Source: Acidobacteriota bacterium (GTDB taxonomy: Bacteria; Acidobacteriota; Vicinamibacteria; Vicinamibacterales; SCN-69-37). Taken from it: a DNA stretch of 64,000 nucleotides. Below the pieces are notes generated by a model. The model worked only from the letters and a program-made list of their open reading frames with translations. It was not told the origin of the DNA and made no database searches. The DNA is taken from NCBI GenBank assembly GCA_020853395.1, contig JADYYY010000008.1:21889-85888 (forward strand). Reading direction: 5' to 3'. Below, piece after piece: positions 55,712 through 64,000 of the stretch; within the stretch, counting starts at the first letter, position 1; the number at the start of each line of letters is the position of its first letter. The position numbers and the translations under genes were made by a program.

Positions 55712-56644
55712 TTGGTGACGCTGCGCGACGTCGCGAACGCCGTGCGCGAGGCCGGCATCGCGGGCCTGCCGAGCGCCGTCGCGAGAGCCGACAACGCGCG
55801 CTACCAGGAGATCGACGTCCGATCCGCGCTGGCGAGCACGACCGGCATGCCGTTCCGATGGACGCTGAACCCCTATCGCGGCTGCACCCATGCGTGCGAG
55901 TACTGCTACGCGCGCAAGTACCAGCGTCACCTCGAGCTCGGTGCGGGCGACGATTTCTCGTCGGTCATCCTCGTCAAACGGAACCTACCGGCGGCGCTCC
56001 GACGGGAAGTCGGTCGACGGACGTGGACGCACGAGACCGTCGCGGTCGGCACCGCCACCGATCCCTATCAGCCCATCGAAGGCCACTACCGTCTGACGCG
56101 GCGCTGTCTCGAGGTGCTCGCGGATGCCGACACGCCGTTCTCGATCGTGACCAAGGGGCCGATGATCGTTCGCGATCAGGACGTGCTGATGCGGGCGAGC
56201 GCGCGAGCCGGCTGTCAGGTCTACATGAGCGTGCCGTCGGTGGACGAGCGCGCGTGGTCCGCGCTCGAGCCCGGGACGGCGCCTCCGGCTCAGCGGCTGC
56301 GCGCGATCCGCCAGCTCGCCGACGCCGGCGTCAGCGTCGGCGTGCTGATGATGCCGCTCGTGCCCGGGATTTCGACGTCACGGTCGAGCATCGAGCAGAC
56401 GCTCAAGGCCATCGCCGAGGCCGGCGTGCCGCTCAGCGGCTCCTGTGTCGCGCGCTTCGACCCTGGCGCGCGCGAGCATTTCTTCAACTTTCTCCAGGAG
56501 ACGTTTCCGGATCTGCTCGAACGATACGAGCGGCTCTACGCCGGGGCGCATGCGGCGGCGGACTACGTGCGCGGGGTGCGGCGCGTGGTCGCGGACGAAG
56601 CCGGGAAGGCCGGCCTCGCCCGCAGCAGCGCGCCGAGCTGCTGA
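55712..56644 (+). CDS. Radical SAM protein (SplB/COG1533-like DNA-repair photolyase family)
   Basis: NPYRGCTHACEYCYAR CxxxCxxC cluster motif. The start (TTG 55712 or GTG 55715) is non-canonical and probably secondary. Confidence 0.8.
   Translation: MVTLRDVANAVREAGIAGLPSAVARADNARYQEIDVRSALASTTGMPFRWTLNPYRGCTHACEYCYARKYQRHLELGAGDDFSSVILVKRNLPAALRREVGRRTWTHETVAVGTATDPYQPIEGHYRLTRRCLEVLADADTPFSIVTKGPMIVRDQDVLMRASARAGCQVYMSVPSVDERAWSALEPGTAPPAQRLRAIRQLADAGVSVGVLMMPLVPGISTSRSSIEQTLKAIAEAGVPLSGSCVARFDPGAREHFFNFLQETFPDLLERYERLYAGAHAAADYVRGVRRVVADEAGKAGLARSSAPSC
55717..55756 (+). repeat. 40-bp perfect direct repeat, copy 2
   Basis: Identical to 55642-55681, with a 75-nt offset that keeps the reading frame. 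Confidence 0.9.
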
Positions 56645-56645
56645 C

Positions 56646-57494
56646 TCAGCCGATCAGCGCGGCGTGTGATCCCAGGAGCGCCTTGACGCGCGCCTCGGTG
56701 GGCGGATGGGTCGAGAAGAGCGACATCAGGCCGGCGCCCGAGAAGGGCTTGACGATGAACATGTGGGCGGTCGCCGGGTTGGCGTCGAGCGGCACCTGTC
56801 GCGCCGCCGACTCGATCCGGCGAAGCGCCTGCGCCAGCCCCATCGGCGATCCGGCGATCTCGGCGCCACCGCGGTCCGCCGCGAACTCGCGCTGACGCGA
56901 AATCGCGGCCTGGATCAGCATCGCGGCGAACGGCGCGAGCAGTGCGGTGGCGAGCAGCACGATCGGGCTCGGTCCCTCGCGGCTGTCGCGGCCGCCGCCG
57001 AACAGCGCGGCGAACCGCGCCATGTTGACGAGCGTCATGATCGCCGCCGCGATCGTCGCCGCGATCGTGCTGATCAAGATGTCGCGGTTCTTCACGTGCG
57101 CGAGCTCGTGGGCGATCACGCCCTCGAGCTGGTCCTGTGGCAGCAGCCGGAGAATGCCTTCCGTGGCGGCCACGGCCGCGTGCTGCGGGTTGCGTCCCGT
57201 CGCAAACGCGTTCGGCGACATGTCCGGAATGACGTACACGCGCGGCATCGGGAGATTGGCGCGCTGGGCCAGCCGCGCCGTCGTCCGGTAGAGCGGGTGA
57301 TCCTGGCCCACTTCCACGGCGCGATACATCCGCAGCACGATCTTGTCGGAGAACCAGTAGCTGCCGACGTTCATGACCAGGGCAATCCCGAACGCGAGAA
57401 CCACGCCGTTCTCGCCGCCCAGTGCCGCGCCAATCGCGATGAAGAGCGCGCTCATGCCCGCCAGGAGCGCCGCGGTCTTGAATCCGCTTGCCAT
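56646..57494 (-). CDS. htpX: Zinc metalloprotease HtpX (M48)
   Basis: [10 protein letters not shown] zinc motif and four TM segments. Start at ATG 57494 (the track ORF extends to GTG 57530). Confidence 0.9.
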   Translation of the reverse strand: MASGFKTAALLAGMSALFIAIGAALGGENGVVLAFGIALVMNVGSYWFSDKIVLRMYRAVEVGQDHPLYRTTARLAQRANLPMPRVYVIPDMSPNAFATGRNPQHAAVAATEGILRLLPQDQLEGVIAHELAHVKNRDILISTIAATIAAAIMTLVNMARFAALFGGGRDSREGPSPIVLLATALLAPFAAMLIQAAISRQREFAADRGGAEIAGSPMGLAQALRRIESAARQVPLDANPATAHMFIVKPFSGAGLMSLFSTHPPTEARVKALLGSHAALIG

Positions 57495-57629
57495 GTCGTC
57501 TGCCTTCCTCTCCGTGACCAAGTATCGCACGGCCTCCGAGGCCTCGCCGATGAGGTTCGGTGGTGGTGATTACCCTCTGAGACGAGTCTGCCGCCCCCAG
57601 GGTTCTCGCTGGAACGTCGCTATAATGAG

Positions 57630-58223
57630 ATGCCGATGAAGACGTCTGGTGTCGTCGCCGCTGCGGCGCTCATGGCCAGTCTGGCCGTTTCTGCGGCGGC
57701 CGATCTGCTCGCGCAGGCACAGCCTCCCGCCGTGCCGCGGCCCTTCCCGAATTCCGGCGCGCCGAAACCGGATGCGCCCGCCACGGCCCGAGTTCCCCCG
57801 CCCACGGCGGTGCCGGCCGCCGCAGCAGTCGATCGGCCGGCTCCTGCGCAGTCGGCTCCCGCCGCGGCGACCGCTCAACTGCCGCCCGGCACGCCGGTCT
57901 ACCCGACGGCCGAGTTCATCGACGCGTACGACGCCGGCGCCGGTCAGCGCTACTACCTGTTCGGCACGAACGCTGCCTACAACGACATCGTCGCCTACTA
58001 CCGGAGCGTGCTGAAGAACGGCGGCCGCGAGCTGTTCAAGATCCCGCCGGCTCAGCAGTTCGATCTCGGCCGGTTCGACAGCGACACGATGGTCTACCCG
58101 CCGAGCGTGGTCGTGAAGGACTACACCTGGAACAGCTCGCCCGGGTATCTCGCCGTCTCGGGCACCACCGAGAAACGCTACAAGACGATCATCCAGATCG
58201 TTCCGCCGGGCCCAGGTCGCTGA
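57630..58223 (+). CDS. Secreted protein of unknown function (Pro/Ala-rich linker plus a ~110-aa C-terminal domain)
   Basis: Signal peptide MKTSGVVAAAALMASLAVSAAA. No recognisable family. TATAAT (57621-57626) lies immediately upstream. Confidence 0.6.
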   Translation: MPMKTSGVVAAAALMASLAVSAAADLLAQAQPPAVPRPFPNSGAPKPDAPATARVPPPTAVPAAAAVDRPAPAQSAPAAATAQLPPGTPVYPTAEFIDAYDAGAGQRYYLFGTNAAYNDIVAYYRSVLKNGGRELFKIPPAQQFDLGRFDSDTMVYPPSVVVKDYTWNSSPGYLAVSGTTEKRYKTIIQIVPPGPGR

Positions 58224-58234
58224 CCTGAACCGCC

Positions 58235-60035
<1,801 letters not shown>

Positions 60036-60061
60036 TCGACTATAGCACCGGCCAGCCGGCA

Positions 60062-61249
60062 TCACTCGACGCGGCGAAGCACGATGCACTTCAGATAGTA
60101 GGTTTCGGGGACGGTGAGCAGCACCGGATGATCCCGAGCCTGCATCCGCTTCTCGACGACCGTCATGGCCCGCCGTGCGTCGGCCGCGGCCTGCTGAAGG
60201 ACGCCGAGGAAGAGCGGCTCGTCCACGTTGTACGAGCAACTGCACGTGATCAGATGGCCTCCCGGCGCGAGCAGGTGCATGGCGCGCAGGTTGATCTCCT
60301 TGTAGCCCGCGACCGCGCGGTCGACCGACGCACGGTTCTTCGCGAACGCCGGCGGATCGAGCACGATCGCGTCGAACTCCCGCCCGCTCGACGCGAGCTC
60401 CCGCAGCTCGTCGAAGACGTTGGCTTCACGGGCCTCGACGTTCTCCAGGCCGTTGAGCCGTGCCTGCTCGCGGGTCGCTGCGACGGCAGCCGCCGAGCTG
60501 TCGATCGCGAGCACCTGCTCGGCGCGCCTGGCCATCTGCAGCGCGAATCCCCCCTGATAGCAGAACGCATCCAGCACGCGGCCGCGCGCGTACTCCGCCG
60601 CCGCACGATGGTTCTCGCGCTGGTCGAGGAACAGGCCCGTCTTCTGGCCCGACCTCGGCGCGACGTGCAGCGTGATCTCCCCTTCGCGGATCGCGATCCG
60701 GTCCGGCACGTCGCCATAGGCGACCTCGACGGTCTCGGCGAGGCCCTCGAGCGCGCGAACGCGCGGATCGTTTCTGGCCAGCACACCGCGCGGGCCGAAC
60801 TGCTCGACGAGCACGCCGGTCACCATCGACAGTCGCCGATCGGTCGCCTGCGAGAGCGTCTGCACCACGAACCACGTCCCGTCATCGTTGGCGTACCGGT
60901 CCACGACGAGCGACGGCAGCAGGTCGGCTTCGGCGTGCACGAGCCGCCAGGCGGTCGCATCGATCCCGAGCGCGGCGCGGTACTCCGCCGCGCGCCGAAT
61001 CCGCGTCGCGAAGAGGGCGCGCTCGTCGGGAGGTTCGGTGCCGGCCGTCAAGAGGCGAACGGCAATCTGCGATCGGCTGCTCCAGAATCCCCACCCCAGC
61101 ACGCGCCGGCGATCGGCGAGCACGCGCACGAGATCGCCGGGCTCGGCGTGGGCCTCGACGACATCCGAGCGGTAAATCCAGGGGTGGCCGGCGCGCACGC
61201 GATCCGTGCCATGGCGGGAAACGACGACGGTCGGCGGCACGCGCGACAT
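60062..61249 (-). CDS. rlmI: 23S rRNA m5C methyltransferase RlmI-like (PUA + class I SAM methyltransferase)
   Basis: N-terminal GHPWIYRSDV PUA-like motif, VLDAFCYQGGFAL motif I and IVLDPPAFAK. Confidence 0.85.
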   Translation of the reverse strand: MSRVPPTVVVSRHGTDRVRAGHPWIYRSDVVEAHAEPGDLVRVLADRRRVLGWGFWSSRSQIAVRLLTAGTEPPDERALFATRIRRAAEYRAALGIDATAWRLVHAEADLLPSLVVDRYANDDGTWFVVQTLSQATDRRLSMVTGVLVEQFGPRGVLARNDPRVRALEGLAETVEVAYGDVPDRIAIREGEITLHVAPRSGQKTGLFLDQRENHRAAAEYARGRVLDAFCYQGGFALQMARRAEQVLAIDSSAAAVAATREQARLNGLENVEAREANVFDELRELASSGREFDAIVLDPPAFAKNRASVDRAVAGYKEINLRAMHLLAPGGHLITCSCSYNVDEPLFLGVLQQAAADARRAMTVVEKRMQARDHPVLLTVPETYYLKCIVLRRVE

Positions 61250-61273
61250 GGGTTTTCAGCTATCATTTCACGC

Positions 61274-61723
61274 ATGCGCATCGCGCTCGGCGCTGATCAT
61301 GCCGGCGTCGGCCTCAAAGAGCAGATCAAGCGGCTTCTCGACGAGCGCGGCATTCCGTACACCGACTTCGGCACGCTCTCCACCGACTCGGTGGACTATC
61401 CCGACTTCGCCGCCCGCGTGGCCGAGCAGGTCGCCGCGGGCCGCTTCGATCGCGGCATCCTCGCGTGCGGCAGCGGCATCGGCATGGCGATCGCCGCCAA
61501 CAAGATCCCGGGCATCCGGGCGGCGGCCATCGTCGATGAGACGTCGGCTCAGTTGAGCCGCGCGCACAACGACGTCAACGTCATCGCCCTCGGCGCGCGC
61601 CTGACGTCGCCCGAGCTGGCACACCGGATCGTCTCGGCATTCCTCGACACGCCGTTCGACGGCGGCCGCCACCAGCGGCGCATCGACAAGATTTCGGCAC
61701 TCGACAACCACAACCATGGCTGA
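61274..61723 (+). CDS. rpiB: Ribose-5-phosphate isomerase B
   Basis: [11 protein letters not shown]...[16 protein letters not shown]. Only the last 149 codons of the long track ORF 59912..61723 are genuine. Confidence 0.95.
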   Translation: MRIALGADHAGVGLKEQIKRLLDERGIPYTDFGTLSTDSVDYPDFAARVAEQVAAGRFDRGILACGSGIGMAIAANKIPGIRAAAIVDETSAQLSRAHNDVNVIALGARLTSPELAHRIVSAFLDTPFDGGRHQRRIDKISALDNHNHG

Positions 61724-63014
61724 CACCCACGCCGGCGCTCCCGCTCTGCTCTCGCACACTCCGATGCTCGAACACCTCGCGTCGGCCGACCCGGAGATCG
61801 CGACCGCGATCCTGAACGAGATCCGCCGCCAGCAGGAGGGGCTCGAGCTCATCGCCTCGGAGAACTTCGTGAGCCTGCCGGTGCTCGAGGCCGCCGGCAG
61901 CGTGCTCACGAACAAGTACGCGGAAGGCTATCCGGGCAAGCGTTACTACGGCGGCTGCGAGTTCGTCGACGTGGCCGAGTCGCTCGCGATCGAGCGCGCG
62001 ACACGGCTCTTCGGGGCCGACCACGCGAACGTCCAACCGCACTCGGGCGCCCAAGCCAACATGTCGGTCTACATGGCCGTGCTGAAACCGGGCGACACCA
62101 TCCTCGGCATGAACCTCGCCCACGGCGGCCACCTGACGCACGGCCATCCGCTGAACTTCTCGGGCAAGTACTTCCACATCGTGCCGTACGGCGTGCGCGC
62201 CGACGACGAACGGCTCGACTACGACGAGCTCGATCGGCTCGCGCGCGAGCATCGGCCGAAGCTCATCGTCGTCGGGGCGAGCGCGTACCCGCGACAGATC
62301 GACTTCGCGAGGATCCGGCAGACGGCGAACGCGGCGGGCGCCCTCGTGATGACCGACATGGCGCACATCGCCGGCCTCGTCGCCGCCGGCGAGCACCCGA
62401 GCCCGGTGCCGCACTCGGACTTCGTGACGACCACGACCCACAAGACGCTGCGCGGCCCGCGAGGCGGCATGGTGCTCTGCCGGGCCGAGTTCGCGAAGGA
62501 TCTCGATCGCGCGCTGTTTCCCGGGGTGCAGGGCGGGCCGCTGATGCACATCATCGCGGCCAAGGCCGTCTGCTTCCAGGAGGCGCTGACGCCGTCGTTC
62601 CGCACCTACCAGCAGCAGATCGTGAAGAACGCGGTGCGCCTCGCCGCAGCGCTGACCGCCGCCGGCTATCGTCTCGTGAGCGGCGGCACCGACAATCACC
62701 TGATGCTCGTGGACGTCTTCTCGCGCGGCATCACCGGCAAGGCCGCGGAAGCCGCGCTCGGCCGCGCGGGGATCACGGTCAACAAGAACGCGATCCCCTT
62801 CGACAAGAACCCGCCCATGGTGGCGAGCGGAATCCGCATCGGCACGCCCGCGGTCACGACCCGCGGCATGCGCGAGCCGGAGATGGATCTGATCGCCGGC
62901 CTCATCGTGCGGGCGCTCTCGTCTGCCGACGACGAGGCCGTGCTGCAGGCGGTACGGGCCGACGTCGCAGCCCTGTGCCGGAAGTTCCCGCTGTACCCGA
63001 CGCTGGGTCACTGA
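61716..63014 (+). CDS. glyA: Serine hydroxymethyltransferase
   Basis: [22 protein letters not shown], and the [17 protein letters not shown]-lysine motif. Confidence 0.97.
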   Translation: MADTHAGAPALLSHTPMLEHLASADPEIATAILNEIRRQQEGLELIASENFVSLPVLEAAGSVLTNKYAEGYPGKRYYGGCEFVDVAESLAIERATRLFGADHANVQPHSGAQANMSVYMAVLKPGDTILGMNLAHGGHLTHGHPLNFSGKYFHIVPYGVRADDERLDYDELDRLAREHRPKLIVVGASAYPRQIDFARIRQTANAAGALVMTDMAHIAGLVAAGEHPSPVPHSDFVTTTTHKTLRGPRGGMVLCRAEFAKDLDRALFPGVQGGPLMHIIAAKAVCFQEALTPSFRTYQQQIVKNAVRLAAALTAAGYRLVSGGTDNHLMLVDVFSRGITGKAAEAALGRAGITVNKNAIPFDKNPPMVASGIRIGTPAVTTRGMREPEMDLIAGLIVRALSSADDEAVLQAVRADVAALCRKFPLYPTLGH

Positions 63015-64000
63015 GCGCCCGCGTCACGCGGGCGCTCGATCCAGACGGCCCCATCGCCGCGGCGCTGGACGGCTTCGAGACGCGTCCGTCCCAGCGCGTG
63101 CTGGCGGACCGGATCGCGCACCTCTTCGAGGCGGGCGGCACGCTCGTGGCGGAAGCCGGGACGGGCACCGGCAAGACGCTCGCCTATCTGCTGCCCGCCG
63201 TGCTCTCTGGCCAACGGGTCCTCGTCTCGACCGGCACGCGAGCGCTCCAGGATCAGGTCTTCTACAAGGACGTGCCCGCCCTTGCACGCGCGCTCGGGCG
63301 CTCGATCCGCGCCGCGTACATGAAGGGCCGAACGAACTACCTCTGCCGCCATCGGTTCGAACGGCTGCAGGAGGCGGCGGGCAGCCTGCCGCCGGACCAG
63401 CGCGCCTGGACCGCTCGCATCGCGGAGTGGGCGCGCGTGACGGCGACCGGTGATCGTGCGGAAATCGACGACTTGCCGGACGACCTGTCGCTATGGCCCG
63501 ACATGACCGCAACGAGCGATCAGTGTCTCGGCCGCCACTGCGCGGCCTACGACAACTGCTTCGTCACGCGGATGCGCGAACAAGCGGCGGCGGCCGACGT
63601 CGTGATCGTCAACCACCACCTGCTCTGCGCGGACGCCTCCGTGCGCCAGGGGGACTTCGGCGAGGTCGTTCCCGCCTGCAACCTGATGATCGTCGACGAG
63701 GCTCATCAGCTCGAAGACGTCGCGACGCAGTACTTCGGCGTGGCGGTGACGAAGGCGGGCGTCGACGAGCTCGCCCGCGACACGCACCGGGCCGTGGAGA
63801 CCGCGTCCGGGCCTGCCCTGGCGTTGATCGCCTGCGCCCAGGCCATTCGTGCCGCGCAGGACGCCGCCCATCGGCTGTTCGACGTCGCCCGCACGGACCC
63901 GAACGAGGGCGCGCGGGTCGGCGACCGCGCGGTCCTGACGGCAGCAAATGCCGCGTCGCTGCGGCGGGCGGCGACGGCGCTCGACAACGCCTTGGGAGGA
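62975..64000 (+). CDS. dinG: DinG/Rad3-family ATP-dependent DNA helicase (3' end outside the window)
   Basis: Walker [11 protein letters not shown], Fe-S cysteines (YLCRH...QCLGRHC...DNC) and the DEAH box IVDEAHQL. The frame stays open to the window edge. The start is uncertain: GTG 62975 or near 63011. Confidence 0.8.
   Translation, partial: MPEVPAVPDAGSLSARVTRALDPDGPIAAALDGFETRPSQRVLADRIAHLFEAGGTLVAEAGTGTGKTLAYLLPAVLSGQRVLVSTGTRALQDQVFYKDVPALARALGRSIRAAYMKGRTNYLCRHRFERLQEAAGSLPPDQRAWTARIAEWARVTATGDRAEIDDLPDDLSLWPDMTATSDQCLGRHCAAYDNCFVTRMREQAAAADVVIVNHHLLCADASVRQGDFGEVVPACNLMIVDEAHQLEDVATQYFGVAVTKAGVDELARDTHRAVETASGPALALIACAQAIRAAQDAAHRLFDVARTDPNEGARVGDRAVLTAANAASLRRAATALDNALGG

Overview
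This is a very GC-rich, gene-dense chromosomal segment from a diderm bacterium. The gene content (LptD, TonB/ExbBD, an RND pump, a membrane pyrophosphatase) and codon style look Acidobacteriota-like, but that lineage call is inference only. All calls come from motif recognition by eye, with no database search. About 60 genes are recognisable and almost all are core housekeeping: prfA-prmC, ileS-lspA-lgt, tgt-yajC-secDF, accD-folC, lon, relA/spoT, glyA, rpiB, thiC behind a TPP riboswitch, thiD, moaED, hppA and ddl. I see no defence island, CRISPR array, prophage or intact mobile element. The only mobile trace is a decayed large serine recombinase next to tRNA-Ala(GGC) at the left edge. The observations most worth a second look are: (1) an orphan locus between ddl and a HEAT-cyclophilin gene, with a near-consensus promoter, a ~190-nt structured RNA ending in an intrinsic terminator, and a 17-aa Lys/Gly/Ala micro-ORF with a strong SD and its own terminator; (2) a Fur-family regulator fused to a rubrerythrin-like di-iron domain, heading an operon with a PHP phosphoesterase, an ABC-ATPase-like protein that has lost every nucleotide-binding motif, and a HAD hydrolase; (3) a perfect 40-bp direct repeat and an in-frame TAG that split the 5' end of a radical-SAM gene; (4) a MoaD with a 12-residue tail after its GG terminus; (5) several genes whose -10 box sits about 6 nt from the start codon, suggesting leaderless mRNAs. 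Many long ORFs in the six-frame track are antisense shadows typical of high-GC DNA, and I rejected them.
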